Shown here one piece after another: positions 17,306 through 27,200 of a DNA stretch of 35,495 nucleotides; position 1 is the stretch's first letter, and the number at the start of each line of letters is the position of its first letter. A model generated the notes under the pieces. That model made no database searches, was not told where the DNA came from, and worked only from the letters and a program-made list of their open reading frames with translations. Origin of the DNA: Alphaproteobacteria bacterium. GTDB taxonomy: Bacteria; Pseudomonadota; Alphaproteobacteria; Micropepsales; Micropepsaceae. The translations under genes and the position numbers were made by a program. The stretch covers positions 3,973 through 39,467 of the forward strand of contig PKWC01000255.1 of assembly GCA_003131925.1 (NCBI GenBank), read 5' to 3'.

Positions 17306-17991
17306 GGCGAGCTTTCGGACGGCACGACGGCGGTTTGCGTCGCGAGCCATCGGTCGAGAAGCAGCAGACGCGTGCCATGGATCGCGAGCGCCATGAGCGC
17401 CGTCGGTATGGCCCAGAGCGAAAGCTCGAGCGGCTGAACCACGACACCGCTTTGCTCGAGAAAGCCCTTGATCAGGAGAATTGAGCCAATGGCGATAAAA
17501 ACGTCTTCGCCGAAAAAGACGCCGACATTGTCGGCAGAGGCGGCGTAGGCGCGGATACGGAAGCGGGCTCCGCTGCTCAATTCCGCCCCGCGCTTCTCAC
17601 CCGCGGCTTCCGCCATCGGCGCGATCAGCGGCCGGACCATTTGTGCGTGCCCGCCGATCGAGACGAGGCCCACGGCAGAAAACATCTGGCGCAGCGCCAG
17701 ATATGCAACCAGCAGGCGTCCGGGCGTCGCGGCAGGGATGCGGGCGACGAGCATGCGCGCGCGCTCCTGCAATCCGTAGCGCTCAAGTAGACCGATCACG
17801 GGCAGAACCAGAAATACGAGGCTGACATAGCGGCTCTCGTTGAACGCCTTCCCGAAGGCCACGAGAATTGCGACGGGGCCGAACCCGGCCGCCCATCCGG
17901 TCACGAATGCCGCCGCCGCAATGACCAGCAACGGATTGATGCGGATCAGAAATCCCAACACCACGACACCGACACCCAGCAGTGTCAGCAT
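17302..17991 (-). CDS. DUF969 family membrane protein (putative 5-oxoproline transporter subunit)
   Basis: MLTLLGVGVVVLGF...NPLLVI, LPVIGLLERYGL, GGHAQMVRPLIAPMAE, DNVGVFFGEDVFIA. RBS GGGAGG before ATG 17991. Confidence 0.88.
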   Translation of the reverse strand: MLTLLGVGVVVLGFLIRINPLLVIAAAAFVTGWAAGFGPVAILVAFGKAFNESRYVSLVFLVLPVIGLLERYGLQERARMLVARIPAATPGRLLVAYLALRQMFSAVGLVSIGGHAQMVRPLIAPMAEAAGEKRGAELSSGARFRIRAYAASADNVGVFFGEDVFIAIGSILLIKGFLEQSGVVVQPLELSLWAIPTALMALAIHGTRLLLLDRWLATQTAVVPSESSP

Positions 17992-18108
17992 AAGTCCCCC
18001 TCCCCATTTCGAATCAGAAACTACCGCTGAAAAACCGATTTTTTGCGATTGCATTTCGAATTGCGCGCAGACATTGTGATTCGCTTTCGTGCCCCGCAAG
18101 TTCTCATT

Positions 18109-18136
18109 TGTTAAACAAGTGCTGTTAAACAAGTGC
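18109..18136. repeat. Exact 14-bp tandem direct repeat (2 copies) in a divergent promoter region
   Basis: TGTTAAACAAGTGC at 18109-18122 and again at 18123-18136. Confidence 0.85.
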
Positions 18137-18264
18137 GCGCTATTGTTCCATGAGCGTGTACGACGCTGCCGGGCAGCGCGAGGCTTATCGAAGGCGCTAT
18201 CCTCCACTGCGCTGCCTCTCGCCGCCGGCGGGTTGCGCGCCGAACGGCAAGCAGAGGCATGCCA

Positions 18265-19443
18265 ATGAGATTGGTGGAAACGAGCAGCAGCCTCGAGCCG
18301 GCGGCGCTGCCCCTGCCAGCGGCGGTTTCTGCGCGGAGCGAAGTTGCGACCGTGCGCGAGCGGCTTGTCTCGCTCGACGCGATGCGCGGCTTCGCCGTCA
18401 TCGGCATGATCGTCGTGAACGCGCTTGCGACTTCGAAGGAAGCCTACGGCTTTCAGCCGGACTATTCATTTCTGTCGCATTCGGCCTGGGCGGGATTCAC
18501 CTTTGCCGATTTCGTTTTTCCCGCCTTCATCTTCATGGCGGGATTCTCCTTGGCTGCATCCCTGCGCCGTGCGCGGCTCGATTGGCCGGTGCTGCGCCGA
18601 ATCGGAGCGCGAACGGCAGGGCTGATGGCGCTCGGCTTTCTGCTGACCAATATCGCCTGGTTCGGCAATATGGATCACGGCGACTGGCGCCTGCTTGGTG
18701 TGCTGCAGCGCATCGGCATCTGCTATTTCGCCACAGCGATCCTCTTCGTCACGTGCGGCGCGCGCGCGCGGCTCCGGCTGGCGTTGCTAATTCTTCTTGT
18801 CTATTGGCCGCTGACGCTCATCCCGATTCCTGGCCACGCCACAAGCCTTCTCCTTCCCGGAGCCAACTTCGCCTCCTTCGTCGATCGCATGGTCCTTGGT
18901 TCCCATGCGCTCGTGACAGGTCCGAGCGGATACGATCCCGAAGGTCTGCTGAGCACGTTGCCCGCAATCGCCCAATGCCTGCTCGGTGCGCTTGCCGGCA
19001 ATTGGCTGTTGAACAACCGTGCGGTGGAGCGTGCGCCGTGGAAACTCGCCGCGGCCGGCGCCGTAACGCTTGCGGTCGGCCTCGCCTGGAGCCCGCTTTT
19101 TCCTCTCGTCAAGAACATCTGGTCCAGCAGCTATGTTCTCTTTTCCACCGGACTTGTGATGCTGCTTCTCGCCATCTCCTGGTGGGCACTCGACCGCAAA
19201 CGGCTGAACTTCTGGGGCGTGACGTTCCTCGAAGCATTCGGCGTCAACGCGCTTCTGGCTTACGTTATCCAGCAAACCGCACAGCTTCTGCCCGCCGGCG
19301 GCGAAATGCACGCGATAGGCGCCGCCAGCATGAAGATGGAGGCACCGGTCCTCATGACAAACCTGCCCATCGTGGCGTTCCTCGTCATGCTCTGGATGCC
19401 GCTCGAATTCATGCGGCGACGGCGCTGGATCGTCAGGCTCTGA
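18265..19443 (+). CDS. HGSNAT-like (heparan-alpha-glucosaminide N-acetyltransferase/DUF5009, NagX-like) membrane acyltransferase
   Basis: RLVSLDAMRG, HSAWAGFTFADFVFPAF, GVLQRIGICY, DPEGLLSTLPA, KNIWSSSYVL and many hydrophobic segments. ATG 18265 chosen from GAGG spacing (18259 is the alternative). Confidence 0.85.
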   Translation: MRLVETSSSLEPAALPLPAAVSARSEVATVRERLVSLDAMRGFAVIGMIVVNALATSKEAYGFQPDYSFLSHSAWAGFTFADFVFPAFIFMAGFSLAASLRRARLDWPVLRRIGARTAGLMALGFLLTNIAWFGNMDHGDWRLLGVLQRIGICYFATAILFVTCGARARLRLALLILLVYWPLTLIPIPGHATSLLLPGANFASFVDRMVLGSHALVTGPSGYDPEGLLSTLPAIAQCLLGALAGNWLLNNRAVERAPWKLAAAGAVTLAVGLAWSPLFPLVKNIWSSSYVLFSTGLVMLLLAISWWALDRKRLNFWGVTFLEAFGVNALLAYVIQQTAQLLPAGGEMHAIGAASMKMEAPVLMTNLPIVAFLVMLWMPLEFMRRRRWIVRL

Positions 19444-19449
19444 CGCGCC

Positions 19450-20598
19450 TCAGATCGGTTTTGCGTAGATGCGGTAAGTCTTGGCGGGCGGCCCGGCGAT
19501 CGCTTCGCCGAGCGCCACCATCCGGGAATCGTTCTCGCGAATCCAGGAATACTCGGCCCAGTCGAGCTGGTAGCGCGTCGAAGCCTGGATCACGAGCGAC
19601 TTGACCAGCAGGATGACAAGCGCGCTGCCGCGCGGCGTGGTGCGCCAGGCGCGGCGGATGCCGAGGAAAGGAATGCGTGCAGTCCGCCAAGTCTCGCGTT
19701 TCAACGTCCAGATCAGCTTCGCCCAATTGAAGGGAAACAGGCGACCGCGGAAAGGCGCAATGATGCCATTCAGATCGGGGAGGGCGACGGCAAAGCCGAC
19801 CTCCTTGCCATCGATCATCAGAAAGCGGCCATATTCGTTGCGGAAGAAAGGACGCAACTCCTTCGCCAGCGAGTCGATCTCCGCGGTGCTGAACGGGACA
19901 AATCCCCAGGCGTCGCTCCACGCGTCGTTGTAGATTTCGACAAGAAGATCGATCTCCGCACGATAGCGGCGCATGTCGAAATTGCGCAGTTGCGTTTTGC
20001 CGAAGCGCTCGGCGCGTGCCGCAAGCTGCTCGATGCGCGGCGGCAATCGGCGCGGCGTCGTGCGGTAGGCGTAAAGATCGATCTCCTTGGCGAGACCCGT
20101 ACTTTCAAGCAACGGCCCCATCCATGGTTTGCCATGAGGCATGAGCATGGCCGGCCGCGAGTCGAAGCCGGAGACGAGGCAACCGCATTCTTCGTTGACA
20201 GAGAAACTGAGCGGCCCCATCATCCGCGTGAGGCCCTGCGTCTTCAGCCAATCCGCCGCCGTTTCGACCAGAGCGCGCGCGGCTTCCCTGTCGTCTGCGC
20301 AATCGAAAAAACCAAAATGGCCGGTGTTATCTCGATGACGTTCGAGATGACGACGATTGACATGCGCGGTGATGCGGCCAACCGGCTTGCCGCTCCGCAA
20401 AGCGGCAAAAAAGGCCGCTTCGCCGAAAGTGAAGAACGGCGCATGCTTCTTTGAAATTCGTTGCTTTTCGAGCAGGTTGAGTTGGGGAACCCAATTGGGA
20501 TCGTTCGCGTAGACAGCAAAGGGCACAGCGAGCCAGTCGTCCGCGCTTTTTTCAACATCGACCCGGGAGATCCGCACGCTCTGTCCGGAATTGCTCAT
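19450..20598 (-). CDS. Tandem-GNAT N-acyltransferase of the YghO / bacterial ceramide synthase (bCerS)-like family
   Basis: VYANDPNWVP, PVGRITAH, GHFGFFDC, MGPLSFSVNEECGCLVSGFD, IYNDAWSDAWGFVP, SWIRENDSRM...KTYRIYAK. RBS GGAGAGG before ATG 20598, which overlaps the SDR stop. Confidence 0.75.
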   Translation of the reverse strand: MSNSGQSVRISRVDVEKSADDWLAVPFAVYANDPNWVPQLNLLEKQRISKKHAPFFTFGEAAFFAALRSGKPVGRITAHVNRRHLERHRDNTGHFGFFDCADDREAARALVETAADWLKTQGLTRMMGPLSFSVNEECGCLVSGFDSRPAMLMPHGKPWMGPLLESTGLAKEIDLYAYRTTPRRLPPRIEQLAARAERFGKTQLRNFDMRRYRAEIDLLVEIYNDAWSDAWGFVPFSTAEIDSLAKELRPFFRNEYGRFLMIDGKEVGFAVALPDLNGIIAPFRGRLFPFNWAKLIWTLKRETWRTARIPFLGIRRAWRTTPRGSALVILLVKSLVIQASTRYQLDWAEYSWIRENDSRMVALGEAIAGPPAKTYRIYAKPI

Positions 20599-21398
20599 GT
20601 GCGGCCTCTCCGTGTCCGTTGGAGAAGCGGATCGATCAGCGACGGCGGCAACACTGCCGCAAATCTTGTCAACGCCGCGAGCTGCCAGGGAAAACTGATT
20701 TCCCGCTTGCCGCGTCCAAGCCCGGAGACAATTCGCGCTGCGGCCCGCTCCACGCTCCAAAGAAAAGGCGGGTGCCCCGGCACGCTTGCGCTCATCGGCG
20801 TGGCGACGAAGCCGGGACATACGACCGTGACACGGATGCCTTTAGGTCCAAGCAGACGCCGCAAACCGTGGCCGTACACACGGACGGCAGCTTTCGATGC
20901 CGAATAGAGCGGCGCATCCGGGAGGCCGACATGGGCAGCGAGCGAACTCATGATCACTACATGCCCTTTCCCGCGTGCGACGAAGCGAGGCAAAAGGGGA
21001 ATCACGCTGTTTGTTACGCCCAGAACATTCGTCTCGATGATGTCTCGAGAGACGGAGAGAGATTCACCCGCAGGTGGGGCGATCACGTTCTCGCCGCCGA
21101 TGCCGGCATTGGCGATGACCATGTCGATGGGCTGCCGCCCATCGCATTCCTCAATCCAGGAGCGCATCGCTTCCGAATGGACGACGTCAATTGTATTCCA
21201 CTCCGTCCTGGCGCCCGCCTTCCGACATTCGAGCGCAACCTGCTCCAGCCTCTCCTCGTTGCGCGCGACAAGCGAAAGCCGCATCCCCTTGCGCGCATAA
21301 TAGCGCGCCAAAGCCGCGCCGATTCCGCTGCTCGCTCCGGTGATGAGGATATGTGCAGGCGCGACCAAAGCGGCATCCGCGCCAACATCAGCGGCCAC
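20595..21398 (-). CDS. Classical short-chain dehydrogenase/reductase (SDR)
   Basis: ITGASSGIG, IANAG, MSS and YSASK catalytic motif, CPGFVATPM. GTG 21398 is 8 nt after GGAG (TTG 21404 is the alternative). Confidence 0.9.
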   Translation of the reverse strand: MAADVGADAALVAPAHILITGASSGIGAALARYYARKGMRLSLVARNEERLEQVALECRKAGARTEWNTIDVVHSEAMRSWIEECDGRQPIDMVIANAGIGGENVIAPPAGESLSVSRDIIETNVLGVTNSVIPLLPRFVARGKGHVVIMSSLAAHVGLPDAPLYSASKAAVRVYGHGLRRLLGPKGIRVTVVCPGFVATPMSASVPGHPPFLWSVERAAARIVSGLGRGKREISFPWQLAALTRFAAVLPPSLIDPLLQRTRRGRT

Positions 21399-21417
21399 GC
21401 TCAACGCTCCATCGCGA

Positions 21418-22554
21418 TCATCGCGTCCGCCAGACGAACTGGCTCGACATCGAGTAATTCCAGAGCGCGCCCATGATCGCGCCGGCTGCGCCTGCGAGCC
21501 ACCAGGTCGGCTCCTGAGAATAGAGCCACGAGGCAAGTCCTACGTTGGTAACCGCACCGGCCGCGCCAATGAGACAGAAACCCAAAAATCCCGTGATCAG
21601 TCTCCAGCCGGAAAGACGCCGGTCGTAATAGGTGAGCCGGTTGTTCAGCAGAAAATTGCTAACCAGCGCGGCGAAGGTCGCGATGGTCTGCGCGAGCCAG
21701 AATTTGAATGCAAAGCTCTCGAAGGCAAATCTCAAAATGACGAGATGAACGGCCAGACCCGTCGTGCCAACCAGCGCAAAGGAGATGAACCTTGGATCGA
21801 TCACGCCGCCGGTCAGTTTCGCGAGCGCGAGGCCCGCGAATTCAAGCGCGATCGCCGCATCGAACTTGCTTCGGCCATGCGTGCGTTCGCGGAATTCATA
21901 TGGAATTTCGGTGACGCGCAAGCGGTTCTTTGCCGTCAGCACGATGTCGAGGAGAATCTTGAATCCGACCGGCGAAAGCTCGGCGGCAACGTCGTCGAGC
22001 TGATCCCTTCTCAGCATGAAGAAACCGCTCATCGGATCGGAAAGGTCAACCCCCAACAGCCGGCGCGCGAGATTGGTGGCGGTGCGGCTGAGCTTCGCAC
22101 GCTCGGGAGTGAAGGAGCCGGCGCTGCCGCCCGCCACATAGCGGCTGCCGACGACGAGATCGGCTTCGTCTGCAGCCAGCGTGGCGAGCATGCGCGGCAG
22201 AATGGTTTCATCATGCTGCTGGTCGGCATCCATCACCGCAACATACGTCGCGCTCGACGCCAGCATGCCTTCGATGCAGGCGCCCGCCAGCCCTCTGCGT
22301 CCCAGACGCTTCAGGCAGCGCACGCGCCGATCCTCAGTCGCCACATCCTTCACGACCTCGGCAGTGCCATCCGGCGAATCGTCGTCGACGAAGATCGCCT
22401 CCCAGGCAATTCCAGCGAGTGCGCGATGGAGCCGTGCCACAATTTCGCGCACGTTGCCACGTTCATTGAACGTCGGAATGACGACGCTCAAAAGCGCGGG
22501 CGCAGACGTTGGCACCTCAGCAGGCGATGACGTAGCAATTGCGCGTGCGGACAT
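21418..22554 (-). CDS. Polyprenol-phosphate glycosyltransferase (GT2, DPM1/GtrB-like) fused to a C-terminal GtrA flippase-like domain
   Basis: VVIPTFNE, FVDDDSPDGT, VMDADQQHD, VGSRY, DPMSGFF; C-terminal hydrophobic domain RFISFALVG...SNFLLNNRLTY. Confidence 0.9.
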   Translation of the reverse strand: MSARAIATSSPAEVPTSAPALLSVVIPTFNERGNVREIVARLHRALAGIAWEAIFVDDDSPDGTAEVVKDVATEDRRVRCLKRLGRRGLAGACIEGMLASSATYVAVMDADQQHDETILPRMLATLAADEADLVVGSRYVAGGSAGSFTPERAKLSRTATNLARRLLGVDLSDPMSGFFMLRRDQLDDVAAELSPVGFKILLDIVLTAKNRLRVTEIPYEFRERTHGRSKFDAAIALEFAGLALAKLTGGVIDPRFISFALVGTTGLAVHLVILRFAFESFAFKFWLAQTIATFAALVSNFLLNNRLTYYDRRLSGWRLITGFLGFCLIGAAGAVTNVGLASWLYSQEPTWWLAGAAGAIMGALWNYSMSSQFVWRTR

Positions 22555-22626
22555 AGGCTTTATCTAACCGACAGGTTGAACTCGATCGCGGCGGGAGAGG
22601 GCCAGGCAGAGCGGTCACACGAATAA

Positions 22627-22655
22627 AGAATCAATGAAAATCAGTTAATTGTAAA
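22627..22655 (-). promoter_or_regulatory. Candidate sigma70 promoter for the GT2-GtrA/SDR/GNAT operon
   Basis: Minus strand TTTACA-N17-GATTCT in an AT-rich intergenic tract, about 70 nt upstream of ATG 22554. Confidence 0.4.
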
Positions 22656-22665
22656 GCAATCGATT

Positions 22666-24033
22666 TCACGTTACGCCGCAATAAAGGCAGCCGGCGAGCG
22701 CGGCAAGATCCAAAAACAGCAAATAGCGATAGTCGCAGGCGATCGAGATCGCGAAAAAGCTGGCAGTGAAGACGAGCGCACAGACGAGCAGCGACGCGAT
22801 GGCGAGATCGGCCGGACGCCGGCGCCTCAGCAATACGAACAACAAGGCCGAAGCCAGCACTGCATAGGTTGCGTGCGAAAATATCGGCGTCCCAACGAAA
22901 AAGTTTGCATAATTTCCGAGCGCTCGGTCCTGCGGGCGGATCCGACGCTCAAGGCCCAGTTCGTGCAAATATCGCGGAAATCCGGTCACCCCGACGTACC
23001 AGTCTTCGCAACCTGCGGGATCGGGCGTGAGGAAGGTCCAGGCGAAGACACGCGCGCGCACGCCGAGGTAGTCGAGCGGATGGTGCACCAGGACGCCCCA
23101 CCATTGCGACGCAATTGCGCCCGGGCTCGTGCTCGCGAATTCGTTCAGCAGTTCCGTTGAGCCGTATAGGGTGTCGTTGCGCGCGGGCGTGTAGAGGCGC
23201 ACGCCGTCGGAGCGGATCAGCCGCTCGAGATCGGGATTCGCGCGGGAAAGTACGTCCAGCCTGAGCCTGGGATCGGCCTTCGCCTCTCCAATCAGATCGT
23301 AAAGCTGCAGAAGCCTGATCTGCCCAAGCGGCCCTGAGCCGCCGCTCGCGCGCTGCGCGAGCGCAAGGCTTGCGGCCAGCACGACCAGTGCAGCGGCTGT
23401 TCCCATCCCAATGGTGCAAACGACCGCACCCCGCCAGCCGACATGATTCTTTCTTGCGATCACAAAGAGCGCAATCGCGCCGAATGCCAGCGCAATCGCG
23501 CCGTTCTGGCGCGCAAGCGTTGCCAGGGCGAAAAGAAAAAACGCGGCAACGATCAGCGCCCATCTTTGCCTCGCGGAGGCCCAGCGCGAGGCCGCGTGAG
23601 CGAGCAGCACGAAGCCTGCGATAGCCGCGTCGGCGAACAGGATGTCCTTCCAGACGATGCCCTGGTAGAGGACGAATTGTGGGAGGGCGACGGTGATCGC
23701 GGCGACTGCGACCGCAGCCCAGGACACGCGTGGCGCAATCCACAGGATCGACAGCATGCCGCCGAAGAGCAGGATGGAGTCGAACAGGATGAAAAGGCCG
23801 GTGCCAGGATGCACCGCGTCAGCGAGACCCAGCATCCACGCCATGACCGGAGGGTGCCAGTCGTTGTAATGCCCGGTGCGGCCATCATGGAGTTGCGCGA
23901 CGGAGTCATAGGAGAGCTGGCCGGGCCAGTTCAGGGCGACGGAAACCGTGCTGCCAAGCACGATCGCGGCGCCTGCCGCGATCGTGCTGGCCTGCCCTCG
24001 CGGGCGCCGGCCGGGTCCGGTTGCGCTGTTCAC
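22666..24033 (-). CDS. Polytopic membrane protein, putative GT-C-fold glycosyltransferase
   Basis: First loop WPGQLSYDS...YNDWHPPVMAW (acidic residues plus HPP), internal soluble loop and C-terminal DYRY. RBS GAGGAGG before GTG 24033. Confidence 0.6.
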   Translation of the reverse strand: MNSATGPGRRPRGQASTIAAGAAIVLGSTVSVALNWPGQLSYDSVAQLHDGRTGHYNDWHPPVMAWMLGLADAVHPGTGLFILFDSILLFGGMLSILWIAPRVSWAAVAVAAITVALPQFVLYQGIVWKDILFADAAIAGFVLLAHAASRWASARQRWALIVAAFFLFALATLARQNGAIALAFGAIALFVIARKNHVGWRGAVVCTIGMGTAAALVVLAASLALAQRASGGSGPLGQIRLLQLYDLIGEAKADPRLRLDVLSRANPDLERLIRSDGVRLYTPARNDTLYGSTELLNEFASTSPGAIASQWWGVLVHHPLDYLGVRARVFAWTFLTPDPAGCEDWYVGVTGFPRYLHELGLERRIRPQDRALGNYANFFVGTPIFSHATYAVLASALLFVLLRRRRPADLAIASLLVCALVFTASFFAISIACDYRYLLFLDLAALAGCLYCGVT

Positions 24034-24276
24034 CCCCCGATCCTCCTCTGATTGAGTAACGATTACAGTTTTCAGCTAATAAAAAAATCACCGTGACCTT
24101 GCGTCGGATCGGCTGCCCGGCGCCGATTTGCCTTGAAAATGCCGGACTGGAGGCATTACCTGATGTCAGATGGGGGATTACATTTTTTCTGCGTGACCTG
24201 ACGCAGTGCGGTCCAAATTCGATGATCCCCGCGCATGGCATCGGTCGGTGGGGCGGAGCGCGGTTGCGGACGTGAC

Positions 24277-27200
24277 ATGATCGACAAGCCGGTCTTCTTC
24301 GACGCAAGCGGGCGCCGGGCATCGCGCATGTCCGTTTTCGGACGCGCCGCCGCGGTCATCACAACCTTCATCGGCATCGTCTTCATCGGCAGTCTGATCG
24401 TCGAACCGCGCGTCGCCGGCCCAAACCTTCCCGGTCGTCTCAGCGCCATCAATCCGGCCGAACTTGTGCGGCGCGCCTTCGATCCGGCGATGATGAACGC
24501 TGCCGCCAGGCTCGCCGCGGAGGCGAGGGCTGAGCGCGCAAAACTCGTGCGCGCGTGGCGCGCGCAGCGCGCGCTGGTCGCGCAAGCCCATTCTGCAAAA
24601 ACGGCACTGCGTCCCTTCCCCAACCGTCCGCTCACGGTCGGATTCTATTTGAGCACCGACGAACTCGGATACCCCGACCTGAAGCGCGTCGTGTCGAAAC
24701 TCGACTGGTTCGTTCCGGCATGGATGAATCTCGACGGGCCCGACATGAAGCTTGTCCACAACGTGGACAAGCGAGCGATCTCGGCGATCGCGCATGCCAA
24801 ACCGAATGTCGCCATTCTGCCGCTGGTGCAGAACGCCTCGAACGCGGTGTGGAACGGGCAGGGAATGGCGGAACTGCTCTCGGATCCGGTGAGGCGGCAC
24901 ATTCTCCTGAACGGAGTTGTCACCTATCTCGCCAAAAACAAGTTTCAGGGTGCGGTTGTCGATTTCGAAAGCCTGCCGCAGAGCGCTTATCCCGATCTCG
25001 CGACTTTTCTCGGCGCAATGAAGGCGGCATTCAAACCGCATGGCTGGCTCGTCGTCGTCGCTTCTCCCTTCGACGACGACAGCTGGCCTTACGCCGATTA
25101 CGCAAACCTCGTCGACTACACGCTGCTCATGGCCTATGACGAGCATGACGACGCGGCGGAGCCCGGAAGTATCGCCGGCCAGAGCTGGTTCGAGGAGAAT
25201 CTCGACGAGCGCATGGCAGTCCTCTCGCCTAGTCGCACCATCATCGGTCTCGGAAATTACGGCTACGACTGGTCGGAAGGCAAAGGCGAGGCGCTGTCGT
25301 TCCAGGATGCGGTGATTGCCGCGCGCGATTCCCAGGCGCGCATCGTCTTCGACGACCGCACCAACAACCCGCACTTCTCCTATCTCGAGGACGACAATAG
25401 CAAGCACGAAGTGTGGTTTCTCGACGGCGTGACGGCCTACAACCAGATCCACGCGGCGGATCCGTATCAGCCCGCGGGCTATGCGCTATGGAAGCTCGGC
25501 AGCGAGGACCCTTCCACCTGGACCGTACTCGGCCGTCGCTACGGCACCCCTGCGCCAGGCGGGTTACGCGACATTCCGACCAGCCAGGACGTCGATTTCG
25601 AGGGTGTGGGCGAAATCCTCGATGTGGAGGCACGCCCCACCCCGGGCACGCGCGCGCTGGATATCGACAGAGATACGGGCGATATCGACGACGAGACCTA
25701 CACCAAGCTGCCGACGCCGTACGTCATCCGCCAGGTGGGGGCCAGCCGCAAGAAGCTCGCGCTCACTTTCGACGATGGTCCAGATCCGCAATGGACTCCG
25801 CAGATCCTGGACATTCTGAAGGCAAAAAACGTCAAAGCGACGTTCTTTGTCATCGGCGAAAATGCGGAAGCCTATCCCGAGATCGTGCAGCGCATGGTCG
25901 CGGAGGGACACGACGTCGGCAACCACACTTTCACCCATCCCAACCTCGCCGACACGCCGGGCCCCGCGATTGTGCTGGAACTGAACGCCACCCAGAGACT
26001 CTTTCAGGCGCTGACCGGACGTTCGCTACGGCTGTTCCGCCCGCCCTATCTGGGCGACGCGGAGCCCTCCGACGAGCCTGAGCTTCGTCCCGTAGAGCTG
26101 GCTCAGAGCCTCGGTTACATAACCGTCGGAATGCACGCCGACCCCGTCGACTGGGCGCTGCCCGGAACTGACGCGATCCTGCAGCGCACGCTCGCGGCGG
26201 TTCATGCGAAGAACCCGGATCAGCGCGCCAACATCGTCTTGTTTCACGACGCCGGAGGAGATCGCTCGCAGACCGTGGCGGCGCTGCCCAACGTGATCGA
26301 CACGTTGCGGGCTCAGGGCTATCAGTTCGTGCCGGTCGCCCAACTTGCCGGACTGACACGCGCTCAGGCCATGCCGCGCCTGCCAGTGACAGCGACGCTC
26401 ATCATGGACCGGCTTGTCTTCCTTGCGCTCAGCTGGACCGGCGTCATTCTTTATTATTGCTTTCTGACGGCGATCTTCCTGGGAATAGGCAGGCTGCTCG
26501 TCTGGTGCGTGCTCGCAATGTTTAATCGGCCGCGCGAAGCGGAGCAGGCCGCGCCGCCTGCGTCTACCAATCCAAGTCGCGTATCGGTGATCATTCCTGC
26601 CTTCAACGAAGAGAAAGTGATCGCGACGACGGTCGAGCGAATACTCGCGAGCGATCATCGCAATATCGAAGTGCTCGTGGTGGATGACGGCTCGCGCGAC
26701 GCAACCGCCGCAATCGTCGAGCAGCAATTCGGCGCCGACGCACGCGTGGAGCTTGTGCGCATCGCGAATGGCGGCAAGGCCAACGCGCTCAACATAGGTC
26801 TTGCACGCGCGCAAGGCGACGTGATCGTGGCGCTGGACGCCGACACTCAGTTTTGCGCCGACACGATCTCGCGGCTGGTGCGCTGGTTCGCCGATCCGCA
26901 TGTTGGCGCCGTGGCCGGCAACGCCAAGGTCGGCAACCGCATCAACACAATCACGCGCTGGCAGGCGCTCGAATATATCGTGTCCCAGAATCTCGAACGT
27001 CGCGCGCTGGCCGCTCTCGACACGCTGACCGTGGTTCCCGGCGCCGTCGGCGCGTGGCGCCGCAGCGTGCTCGAGGAGCTCGGCGGCTTTACCGCGAGCA
27101 CGCTCGCCGAGGACCAGGACCTCACCATCGCCGTGCAGCGTGCGGGATATCGCGTGTTGTTCGACGCGAGCGCCATCGCCTGGACCGAGGCGCCGGCCAC

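Noticed and set aside
15318-17447. 709-aa ORF suggesting a large fusion ending in DUF2891
   Set aside because: The first 370 aa are Arg-rich non-protein-like sequence overlapping DUF979 in another frame. The real gene starts at ATG 16337, coupled to the DUF979 stop.
18150-19604. 484-aa plus-strand ORF overlapping the HGSNAT-like gene
   Set aside because: Alternative frame with Arg/Ala-rich, motif-free translation.
24189-24206. CTGCGT-N6-ACGCAG palindrome upstream of the GH18-NodB-GT2 fusion
   Set aside because: A 6-bp GC-rich dyad is expected by chance at this composition, and it matches no motif I recognise.
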